Source: Anthoceros angustus
Lineage: Eukaryota > Plantae > Anthocerotophyta
DNA length: 64,000 nucleotides
NCBI GenBank assembly: GCA_010909165.1
Contig: MU008176.1
Location: forward strand, 426,856 to 490,855
Direction of reading: 5' to 3'
Shown here piece by piece: positions 17,391 through 29,035 of the stretch (position 1 is the stretch's first letter; each line of letters opens with the position of its first letter). The notes below the pieces were generated by a model. It worked only from the letters and a program-made list of their open reading frames with translations. It ran no database searches and was not told the origin of the DNA. The position numbers and the translations under genes are program-made.

Positions 17391-19168
17391 ATTGTAGTTC
17401 CCGTTGTTCTTGTGGTCAATCACTGTGTAGTTTTGGTAGTGGCTGCAGAAAACTTCTGATACAATTAGGATTATATGGCCAGGAGTGATCACCACTGAGG
17501 CCAATCGCATCAGGATGAACGCTGAGTCTCGTGGAGGTTCTTCGTCGCAAAGCAGGGAGCGTGGGGTAGAGGAAGATATCACACGAATGAGGGTGATCTT
17601 GGCGTGCTGGCAGGGGATAATATGGAGAGGCCTGCTAAGAGCAGGCGGCCGTATTGGCCAGAGTTGCGGCCACAGGCATAGGCATTAAACTGACATTTAT
17701 GCTTCTGAACCGCCTTGATCAAGCTGATGAATGTGGATTAGGTTTGCTTCCACGTGTTCCGCTTCGTTTGTCACCACCGACGTCTATGACGAGAACTTAG
17801 TTGTGGGAATCATCGAAACACCCACCTGCATCTTCAATGCCTGTCTTCGCAGCATTGAAGGAGCCATGCGACAGGGTTCTTGAATCAAGTCCGCTAAGGG
17901 ATGTGGAAAAGGCTGGCAAAGAATGCGTTCTTTTTTGCTTGCCTAACGTCCGCATATGCACGTGGCCTCGGCATATATGTATGCCGCGCTCACCTGGGGG
18001 CTTCGTTCCCTCGTTCTTGAACTGCGTTCAGCCATTCACCAAATACCCCATCCGGGCCAGCTAGGGTTTCAGTTCCTCAGTCGTGCATCAGCTATGGTTC
18101 TGGGTCACTGAGCTAGGGCTTAGGGTGGTTTAGGGCTCCTCAGACAGGGAGTGAGCGCAAGCTGAGGTGAGTTTGGAAGACGAGGCACCGTTTCTTGCTG
18201 CTTCGAGGCTGCCGACGACGACGCTTGCAGCATCGAATTCCAGTATTGGGCGTACGGTTTACGAGCTGAGACCTAATGTGTCCCAGGCATGCAGTCTACT
18301 TGGCGCTGACCCAAGGCAGCAAAGCAAGAAAACCTGCAATCTGAGATATGGATGGCGTCGTAATGTTGTTACATCCAGACAGACACAGCTGAAACCAGGC
18401 AAAACGCATAACGAAAAACCTGAAAAGCTGCCCATAGCTACTGGACAGTATCTAGGGACAAGCATCCACTCTCATCAGGCGGCCAGAAACGTGCAACCTG
18501 AAACACGCGGGGACAGACCCAAGAGTTTTCCCGTCCCTGAAAAGCACCTTTCCAGGTCGTCTCATGGGAAAGCCAAACACAGCCAACAACTGCACCGATT
18601 TCAGGGCGTCAGGCTAACCAGGAATGCTTCGGCATTGGCAGTATTGAACTGCCTACGTCGAGCGAACCAAAGTTTGTCATCATTGCCCTGGACCGATGGT
18701 TCGCAAATCTAGGTTCAGTTGCGCTACCCGATCGGCTATGAAAGACGAACACATGGTAAATCGGAAGGGGAAAGAAGATGCCGCACTGACAGTCCAACAA
18801 CCTTCGAGACATCGCGAAGAGGACATGGCCCGCGCCGATCCGAGCTGCTCGAGCAGCGAGAAGTGGCCAACCTGATGCAAGGAGAACAGCCAACTGAGAC
18901 TGACCTAACGGGAGCACTTTAAAAGCCATCGGAATCACGGGTCGCTGGTCGATCGGATGAAACCACGTCCGAAATGACGACCCGGTGCAATATTTTGAAA
19001 CTCGTACGTGGCTCATAGCTCTGGAGTTTCGTTGCTGTATGTATGCAGGTGAAGTGACTGTGGAGCACGGTTTTGAACAGTTGAGGAATTGGCATGGACG
19101 TTGATGGTGCGGGGGCTTGTTGATCTCACTGCGAAGGCATCGAGGGAGCCAAAGTGGGTCTGCCCTCT

Positions 19169-21142
19169 ATGACTGAGAATGGGGATACCACCTTTTCTGG
19201 GCCTGAGCCGACACCATCGGGCTCAGAGTTGATCATTCTGGGATCGGGTTCTTCCACCGGGGTGCCCAGCCCAATCTGTTTGCTCCGACCCACAGTGCCA
19301 CCTTGCGCTGTCTGCCATAGTGCCATGGCCTTGCCACCGGAAGTCAACAAAAACTACAGGTCTGTTCTTTGCAGGGGAATGTTTGTGTGAAGGGAGGTAG
19401 GGTTCCGTTGTGTTTGTGACATTGTGAGTGGCTCATTAGGCATCTGTAGTCAATCTTGCGGGCGATTTCATTGCTGGAGTGGTGGCTTGTAGCCGTTGAA
19501 AGATGTAGTGTTGCTTCAACAGTTGTGGGGCTGACCAAGACTTCGCATGCACAGGTGTAACCCGTCTCTTCTGATCAAGTATGTGGATGAAAATGAACAA
19601 TGCAGCTACATCCAGATCGATGCTGGCAAGACCTTTAGGGAGCAAGTTCTCCGCTGGTACTTGCGGTACAACATTCCGAGGCTAGATTCTGTGAGGTGCC
19701 TTCCCTTGTCCATGATCTGCCTTTCCTGTCAAATCGAAATCTGTTGTGCTGCTGTTTTACGAAGCTGTTGGGCGGGCCCAGAGTAACTTTGATGTACTTG
19801 CTCATGTCGGGTTTTGTTGTTCTGCAGCTTATTTTGACACATGAGCATGCTGATGCTGTTTTAGGTCTGGATGACATAAGGGGGGTGCAACCGTACAATT
19901 CGCAGAATGACATCACACCCATGCCCGTGTTTCTTTCTCAGCACACTATGACAAGGTCAGTGTGGAAATGGTGCCCTGCTATCATCTCTCTGCGTCCTGG
20001 TGGCTTTGTGTGGCACTCTTTGCAGAGTCTTCTTACCCATTCCCTCTTGTGTGCTTGTTTCAGCATCTCAGAAAAGTTCCCCTACCTAGTGCAAAAGCAA
20101 GCGAAGCCAGGGCAAGAAATAAGGCGGGTTGCTCAACTTGACTGGCAAGTAATCGAGACATCTTGCGACAAACCTTTCGTGGCTTCAGGACTGGAGATTG
20201 TTCCGCTGCCCGTAAGTTGTGCTATAAACTCATCCATTTGGCCTGTATGAATAAGCAGCGTCCATGGTCCCTCTCACACGGCATTGTAGACTTCAGTGTG
20301 AGGAATCATACAGAAAACCTTGTGCTGTATACAGGTAATGCACGGAGAGGACTATGTATCTCTCGGCTTCTCATTTGGAAAGCAGGCTCGAGTTGTGTAC
20401 ATTTCAGATGTGTCTCGCATTCCTGATGAGACAGAGCGAGGTCTGCTGGCTCCCAACCCAGATGTGTGGGTCTTACTGACTCAGCAGGGTCTTCAGTCCA
20501 GGATGTTTCGCTCACCTCTGTCTCTTCGGCTGGTCGTCTGTAGTGATAGTGAAGGCGGGAGCAGGCTCAGCGGATTTGGAGCTGGGGAATGCAAATTCCG
20601 ATACTCTCCCTGTGTCCTTGCTGATCATAGATTGTCTTTACAAGGTATGTCCCGATCGTGGTTGTGTGTGGTTGAAGCACTCCGGCAGAAAGCTTGTAAC
20701 ATATTCATCCCTTGCAAGCAATAACCAGGATCACGCTAACTGCAGAATGGACCTCACAACACACACTTCTGTCTGGCCGACGTAAGATCGCCTTCACTTA
20801 TCTGTTTTCCATGAACACTCTATGAGCAAGTTGTTAGCTTAGTAACCGTGCAGTCCCTCATCACTGTGTTGCATGTGTGACGACAAGACAGAGCTTGGCA
20901 ACCATCAAGCGACTCCGCCCCAAACGGGCTCTGCTGATCGGCATGACCCACGAGTTCGACCACGACACCGACAACGCAGAGCTGCGAGCCTGGTCCCAAA
21001 GGTGAAGGGAGCCGGCATGGTGTCAGGAGAGATGCATCATGCAAAGTGGTTGCTGACGTGGTCTCCTGGCGTGCGTGTTGGCAGGGAAGGCTCGGACGTG
21101 CAGCTGGCATACGACGGGATGCGCATTCCGATCGATCTGTGA
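19169..21142 (+). CDS. PhnP-like metallo-beta-lactamase-fold hydrolase, multi-exon
   Basis: IILGSGSSTGVP, IQIDAGKTFREQ, ILTHEHADAVLGLDDIR, VMHGEDY, YISDVS, HNTHF, LIGMTHEFDH, LAYDGMRIPIDL*; canonical GT-AG joins. Confidence 0.9.
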
Positions 21143-21653
21143 CGAGACCCAACATATCCGTAGCAGCATTAGAGTCGGGATTAGCGCTGGCACGGCCGCC
21201 CGGCAGCAGTAGCCGCAGCAGTGTAGGCGATGCAGATAGTGTGTAGTGGCAAGGTGGGTAGATAGTGCGGTGATGCGCATGACAGTGAGAAACGAGGGGC
21301 GAGAAAGCAGAGGCAAAGAAAACATGGCCGTGCCGGGCCCTTGGTTGATGCCACCAATGCTGGCCCTGCACCATGGCCGTGTTCCCGTGAATGGCTCGCA
21401 AGTGGCACGCGGCGTGTGCCATCCGTCGGGCGCAGGGAGCATCTGAGGTGGTTTCGGGGTCAAGGAATGCCGCGAGATTAGACGGCGAGCGGCGAAGGAA
21501 ATAGGATGCCCCCCCGTCGAGGCGCCCTGCGCCGGCACATGGCAAGAGGCAACGCGACCTCCGGCGTCCGGCAGCTCCGATCGGATCCTCCCCGCCCTTT
21601 CCCTCACCACGATTCACGACTCGTGAATCGCGCTTCACGAATTCACAGCCCTG

Positions 21654-21661
21654 CGGGATGT

Positions 21662-21702
<41 letters not shown>

Positions 21703-21744
21703 TGCCGGTCTCCCGGTCTCCCGGTCTCCCGGTCTCCCGGTCTC
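21654..21744. repeat. Compound microsatellite (cgggatg)x7 then (ccggtctc)x5
   Basis: Read directly from the sequence; lies in the GC-rich region upstream of MAPK copy 2. Confidence 0.9.
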
Positions 21745-22769
21745 GGACCCGGTTCCCGACCCGGGGTCGTGCGAACAAGACGCGCTTCATTACCTACCCT
21801 GCAGGCACTGTATGTGTTAAATGTGGGGGTAGTAGCCAGGAGCGACCGGTCGGGCCCCGGGGCACGGCACGGCACGGCTCGCTCGCCACGGCCCGGGTTC
21901 CAGCACAGCAGACTGCAGAGCAGAGCACGGCACGGCACGGCCCGGCAGATTAGAGGCACAGACAGGCTGCCACAGGCAAAAGCCGGAGCCTGCTCGCTCG
22001 GGCCTGGCCTGGCCTTGCTTTGCCTTGCTTTGCACACGACGCACAGCTTCTTGGCGTGAGCGAGTGCCCACAAAGAGCAGGGCCGAGTGCAGGGAGATAC
22101 AGGAGGAAGAAGAAGGAGGGGAGGGAGGAGGCGGGAGAAGAAGAAATAGGAGTTGAGTGAGGAGGAGGAAGAAGAGAAGAGGAGGAGAGGAGAGGAGAGG
22201 AGAGAAAGAGGGAGGGGGGGGGAAAAAGAGGAGCGGTGTGGTGCGGCCTTGGGGCGAGTGTGATCCTGGATCCCCCTGCTGTGTTCTGAGGGGACGCACG
22301 ATCCGAATGCTCCTGGTGGGCGCCTGTCCCGCGCTGTGCTGACCTGACCTGCGCCTGTCCCCCCTGGTGGGCTGTCCGGCCCTGGGCTGTGCGGTGGTGG
22401 GCTGTCCTGTCCTGTCGCGCCATCGCCTGCTGCTCTTCCCCCCTGCCATTGCGTGGCCCCGACCGGAAGCGGTTGCGGTTACACCATCCATCCGCCATCC
22501 GCCATCCTTGGCTCCGCCTGCTGGGGTTGCATTTTAGCCTCGGGCTTGCCGCTGCCGCTGGGGCTGCGCCTGGGTGGCGCAATTGGGTGGGCTTGGCCGG
22601 GGGCTGGTGCGGTTGTGGGGCGGAGCGGTGGATGGAGGAGGGCGGATCGGGGTTGCGGTTGCGGGAGGGAGCGTGAATTGGAGCAGTGGGCTGGGGCGGG
22701 GGGCAGGCGTTGCATTGATGCGGATCCCGGAGGGGGCGTGAAGGAGTACGGGGAAGGAGGAGGAGGAGG

Positions 22770-23958
22770 ATGGCGCAGAAGGTGGATCCGCCCAACGGGG
22801 TGTGCCCGCCGGGGAAGCACCACTACATGCTGTGGCGGAGCGTTTTCGAAATCGACACCAAGTATGTGCCCATTAAGCCCATCGGCAAGGGCGCCTACGG
22901 GGTGGTGTGCTCTGCGCGCAACGTGGAGACGGGGGAGAAGATTGCCATCAAGAAGATCACCAATGCGTTCGAGAACACCACCGACGCAAGGCGCACGCTG
23001 CGGGAGATCAGGCTGCTGCGCCATCTCACCCACGAGAACATCATCGCTGTGAAGGACATCATGAAGCCGGTGGGCAGGCACACCTTCAACGACGTCTATC
23101 TCGTCTACGAGCTCATGGACACGGACCTGCACCACATTATCCGCTCCTCGCAGACGCTCACGGACGAGCATTTCCAGTACTTCATCTACCAGGTCTGTGT
23201 GCATCCCTGCTCTGCCGCTTTTGTGGGTTCGCGGGTTTGTGTGTGGGTGTGTCTCAAAGATCGTGGGTCTGCAGCTGCTGAGGGGTTTGAAGTACGTGCA
23301 TTCCGCCAACGTGCTGCACCGTGATCTCAAGCCCAGCAACCTGCTGCTCAACGCCAGTTGCGATCTCAAGATTTGCGACTTCGGCCTGGCGCGGACCGGG
23401 AGCGAGAAGGGGCAATTCATGACCGAGTATGTGGTCACCAGGTGGTACAGGGCACCGGAGCTTCTGCTCTCCTGCGAGGAGTACACCAGTGCTATTGATA
23501 TGTGGTCGGTGGGGTGTATCTTTGCGGAGTTGCTGGGCAGGAAGCCCATCTTTCCAGGGAAGGACTACATCCACCAACTCAAGCTCATTATCAACCTCAT
23601 TGGCACCCCAGATGAGAGTGACCTGCATTTCATCCAGAATCCCAAGGCCCGCAACTACATCCAGTCCTTCCAGTTTGTCCCCCGTGTCTCTCTTGCCAGG
23701 CTCTACCCGAGGGCTAACCCCTTGGCTATCAACCTCATTGATAGGATGCTTGTTTTTGATCCTCGAAAGAGGTTGACTGTAACGGAAGCCTTGGAGCATC
23801 CCTATTTGGCCATGTTGCATGACGGAACTGTGGAGCTCACAGCTCCTGCACCCTTTGAGTTTGAGTTTGAAGAGGAAGATCTCAAGGAGGATGCCCTGCG
23901 AGAGAGAGTGTGGAATGAGATGCTGTGCTACCACCCAGAAGCAGCCAATGACCCCTGA
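22770..23958 (+). CDS. Mitogen-activated protein kinase, group C (TEY), copy 2; exons 22770-23192 and 23275-23958
   Basis: All kinase subdomains, [20 protein letters not shown], same intron position as copy 1; close to the MPK1/2/7/14 type. Confidence 0.95.
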
Positions 23959-25039
23959 ACCCTTTTCCTTCCACTTTCCTCAAACCCTTTTTTTTTCTCT
24001 TTCTTTTCCTTTCAATCTTCTCCCTGAGCTTTCCACAAACTCTCTAGGCTGTGAATATGCGACTACACTAGGGGCCAGCCCCTCCAGACAGTGGGCTTCC
24101 CAATAAGCAGATGTGTCAGCATGTACAGAGAAAGTTGTTTCTCTCACAGCTTGCTAGTGTGTATCAGCGCCTGCCTTTTCCTTCCTTCCTTCTTTGTACC
24201 AGGAAATCCCACTTTTTGTTCCCCAACTTGGCCGCCCTCTCAGATTATATCACGGGCTATGCAACTAACAACAAGGAGCACCCAAGTGTGGTTCGCTTCC
24301 CTGTTCACTTGCTGCTAGCAGCCCAACACCGAGTTATGTAGTAGCACTGGAGTCCCCTCTGTCCATTCTCCTCTCGTTTTTTTCCTGGGAAGGGCGGGTG
24401 TGGAAAGAGCGTGACACAGACGGTCAGCCTCTCTAGCTGCAGTCCTGCTTGTTGGTCACTGGATAACGTTGATGACATGGATGTGATGAGGAAAAGGACG
24501 TAAGTTTTCTTGAGTCACAGATTGTTCATGGTCAGCGTGCTCCCCTCCGCAGGTACAGTGCATGGACAGGGCTGACGCACCTGGAGCCTGCCTGTCTTGC
24601 CGTGTTAGGGCAGGGGACGCATGACTGAAGCAAAGAATGCAAAGACCTGTTTGCCTACCTTGCCATGGTGTGACTGTACGTACTGGGTAACGGTTGATAA
24701 CTGATGTGCAGGAAATGCAACCCCTCCCTCGCTCCTATCACCAACTCGTCGATCCTGTAACCTCACGCCCTTGTCATCCATCATTCTCATTTCATTTGCT
24801 AGTACTGCGAATTACCTATAACGGTTCTAGTGGTCAATGCTTCCATGGGCCTGAGTACAGCTGAAATTGGTCAAATATCTCTTCATTACAATCCGATCAG
24901 CTGACACCTTCCAATTCACTATTAATGTGGTATATTCCGGTTCAAACCATGGTAGCCTGTAGGTAGGTAGGTAACCATGTAACCCTCCAGCTAAACTAGA
25001 CATTCCACCGAGGCAAAAGGAGAGTTGCTGAATTTGAGA

Positions 25040-27046
25040 CTAAAGACCCTCAAAGAATTTAGCAAAGCTGCTGTATTTCGGTTTCCAATTCAGAGTTTCC
25101 CTTGTGACACTGTTGTTCATCCTCTTCCCAAGAGGCCCAGAAGTAGCTACAGTCATAAAGAAGAATATATATTAATATACTTCTAAATATACCAAGATAA
25201 CTCAGATTCTTGCGATTCTACAGAAATGAGAACAGAACGAACTCTCCACACTGCAATCAGACTCACTTGTAAATCCTTTGAACTCCCCTTCAAACTTTCC
25301 GCTCTTTGTTGCTGCCTCCATGATTTCCTGCCTGCAAACCATTCACCAAAAGTCCACAGCGAAAATTTTGCAGCTTAGAGCCAAGGTTTACATGTCCAGT
25401 AATCGACCTTAACCTTACCTGTCCAGTTAACTTCAGAGGGTGCAGCTATGAGGTGGCAATAGGATTTTCAAGAAGGTGACCACACCTTGAGATTGGTGAA
25501 CCATCACAACCAACGAACACCTGTTTTGATGTCCTAGCTTTCAGAGCGGCCACACAGAGAGACGCTGCATCCTGGGCGATACCAGCAATCACAAAGGCAG
25601 AAATGTTGAGAAAGGCGTTCCACACGGTTGCTCGTAACATTTGCATAGGGACTTCGGGAATAGAAATACAAACCTACAATAGGGGTTGGAAAGCACGCAG
25701 TTACCTCGTAATGGATCAAGTTGATGATGTGATCTGGCCTTGCATCCACAGTGCCTACCTTAAGCCAGTAGGTATGTGCTCCACGGTCACCAGTGTGCAC
25801 AACTTTCAAGTTAAGCAACTCCTTAACATCAGATATCTTGTTCTGAGCTACATTTCCTCTTGACAGGCTTAGAAACAGTTGTGTGAGGATATATAGAGGC
25901 CGGCCAGGCGCACGACGTTACCACCAACTTTCAACACCTCTTCCTCTGCATACAGAAGCCGATCGGTCCGTGGGCTCACACCTTTGGCTACCACAGGAGC
26001 CACACCCTGTCCAGCGAAATCACCTTTGATCTCATCAATACCAACACCAAGGCTGAACCTCTTAAAAGAGGTCGACGCTGAAAGTTTGAACTCTTACCTC
26101 ATCGCAGGGTCCATTGTCGCTCACATCAAAGACAGAACTAGCGGACGTAAAAAGCAGAGATCCTTCTCCATTCCACCTCTGGGCAGCTCCTCTGCATGTC
26201 ACCGATGGGAGTTGTCACCAACACGAATACATGCTCTCTTCATTCAGAAAACTGACAAAAAAAAGTTTGATACACATTCGAATGGATACAAGTGCCTAAA
26301 ATGCACACCTGACTTCCGCCGCGTAATCCTCATTCCCGTATGGGGGGGCACAGAAAACAACATAAGGGTACTTGTCTGTCGCTTGGTCATCCTTGACCGC
26401 TGGCACAATGCCCAGGGAACGTAGTTCTTCATGGTGAGTGCTCGTCCTTGTTTGGCCAACAACCTTGCTGCCTTCAAATTCCTAACATCCCAGTTTCCAA
26501 TCCACGCTTGTCAGACGCCCGAACTGCATAGACCAACCAAAGAAACCCTCACAAAGCACGGGCAGGTGGAAGAAAAGCAAACTCAGCACACATTGCGTAC
26601 CTGAAGCCAATACTGCGCAATGAGTCTCCCTAGTACTCCAGGGCCGACAACTAGAAGATCTTTCTCTGCCACTGGAGATACCCGTGCTTCATCCTGGCCT
26701 GTCGAAGATTCAGATAGCTGGCCCATCGCGTGCAAAGAGGTCTCCACACTACGACTCCTCCCGCCTGTGAGTACCACAGCCAACCGGCCGCCTCCGTGAG
26801 AGGAAGTCCTTGTCTGCTTCAGGCACCAACCCAGAAACAAACCCAGTTCCTGAAGCTCTTCTTCCCAGACATATGCTCTTGCAGAACCAGAAACAGAAAC
26901 GCCTGGACAAAAACCTTAGAGAAAGTGCCGATAAATGAGCCATAGCGGTGCTGGCTGGAGCGATGCTGACATTGAGGCCGCAGACTAAATAGCGGGCTGG
27001 CAAAACCAGAGAGGTCAGCACGGATCAGTTGGTTACACATGGCCAT
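25040..27046 (-). CDS. Plastid-targeted NAD(P)-binding Rossmann-fold protein (resembles Arabidopsis At2g39080)
   Basis: Reconstructed exons: DLLVVGPGVLGRLIAQYW, VVFCAPP, WNGEGSLLFTSASSVFD, VVRLAGLY-TGDRGAHTYWL, DARPDHIINLIHYEDAASL, FVGCDG, GPLGKRMNNS..WKPKYSSF. Ser/Arg-rich transit-like N-terminus. Confidence 0.85.
25795..25892 (-). other. U12-type (minor spliceosome) AT-AC intron, 98 bp
   Basis: Donor ATATCCTC, branch TGCTTAAC, acceptor GTGCAC; removal joins RLAGLY to TGDRGAH in frame. Confidence 0.85.
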
Positions 27047-29035
27047 CACGGAATGCTACCAACGCTCCAGTTTCAGTCCCGTTCTTGAATGAGTTTGAAA
27101 CACTATAGGGGCCCCGGGTTTTGGGTTTCTCGTCAATCGCAAATTGCAGAGAGCGTACGGGTGGATTGTCTCGATATGGCACGGACATTGGATTACGTTC
27201 TCCACCGAGGCCGCGGTGTGGAAGACTATGGTGCGAGGGGCCAGGAGAGGGACCCTTGTCGTTGTAGTGCTGCCTAGGCCTCGGGCTGTAAGAATGACTG
27301 CTGCATCGATTATCTGAGCCCCAGCTGGATGTTCTACGGGGAATCTCTCCATTTGCAGTGCAAGGACCGTGGACGTCCCCTCAGGAGCCCCATCTCAATA
27401 GTGTAAGCGCCGCAAGCTCCACGATACAAGCTGTGTTTGTCCTTCCTTGCTCTGAATTTGGTGTGTTTCGTGGTAGGGACGGAGTGGCATGCATTGTTAC
27501 ATATGGCTGAGTTCAGGAGCCCAGCGGATGATACAGGAGAAGGTGATCAGCCTTGTTCTGTGAATCTCATGATCCATTCATGTTTTTCGGTAGCAAGAGT
27601 ACAGGAGGTGGAAGGGCTGGGGACTGGGAAAGGGGGGAAGGACAGCTTCAAGGTAATACTCCAATTTGTTTCGTGCAGACTTGGGTGGAGTAAGGAGCAA
27701 ACAGCCTATGCTTTCAGCTCTTAGGAGGGAAGCACGGAAGGTCAGCTACCGACCTCAAGAATTACACGACGACAATGCAGTTATCCTCAGCTCAAGAGGC
27801 CTGAGCATGTCTCTGCAGAAGATTTCAAATCATTTTCGGGGCTGATGCAAGTCTTGAAAGGTCCTTATCGGGATCTGTTGAAGGTTGAGGTGGACACGAG
27901 TGAGAGAATGACGTGGGGGGACAGAATTAAAAGGTCTCGAGACTGAGTTCGTGAGGCCTTTCCTACTCTGTGGAGCCTTTTGGTTGGTGAAGTCCAAGAA
28001 ACGCAAAGTTGGCAATCATGCGAATGATTGTTTCGGCGTGACGCTGTTGATGCACTTTTAGAGAGCATCTTGTCCGGGCACTTGATGCATCTTGCGTCCA
28101 ATCGGTTCCTGAAAGTCGGTGAATGATCGGGAGGCTACGTGACCACCAGGGTGTGAAAGGGATTGAGCAAAAGCAGAAAACCACAACCTCTATGCTTCTG
28201 CATGGACGGTATGGGACTACCACTTTTGCTGAAGAGATGTTGTACAAGAGCTAAATTGTTACCCTGATGCTTGTATCAAAGATATCTCGCCTCTAAGTCG
28301 TCCGATCACCCACTCAGCCCTTTGTTCCTTACAGGAACAGGAACCCTCATATGAAAACGTTAATAAAAACCACCGGATGATCAGACTACGACCGCAATAC
28401 GATGTCACCATGCCACCAAAAGTGGCGGGGGCCGAAGTCTCACTTGCTACGCTGATCTCTCACTTGGCCACGTTGATCCCAACAGCTCATCCTAATAATA
28501 TGTAAACACATCACCCCCGCTATTCATGGATAACATTCCCCGTCCCCACGAACTCCACCAAAGCCGTATGGACACTTAGTGATAATGATCCATGAGTAAA
28601 TGATCTTTTATGCCGGCTTGAATTATCATATCTCCCCAATATGATATATTGATCCTCATGGCGAGGGGAAATGAGATGGTCCGGATATGGAATAATTGTA
28701 TCCAGACTCACAAGGAGCTCGCAATACCTCAGCGTCTGCAGTCCAAACAATCTCTGAAAATAGTGTCTTCCTGACAAGGGGTGTAAAGATCAATCCCTTT
28801 TTGGCTTTCTGAAATAAATCACCATCACACATGTCACATTTCGGCAATCGCAGGTCATTCTTATTTGACTCATGTGGAAAGTTAATGCCTACGAAATCCA
28901 ATGCGCCAAACGTCCGGGTGTAAAAATTTGGTACAAATCGCAAATGCGGCAGATAGAGTAAGGTCGGAAACTTGTTAGCAAGTCATTTATGACTGTGCCA
29001 GAGTTGTCTAACAAAAAAAACAGGCTCGCACAACA

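Noticed and set aside
20820-22795. Long minus-strand ORFs (417, 281 and 224 aa)
   Set aside because: Products of GC-rich microsatellite DNA with few stops; low-complexity translations and no domain.
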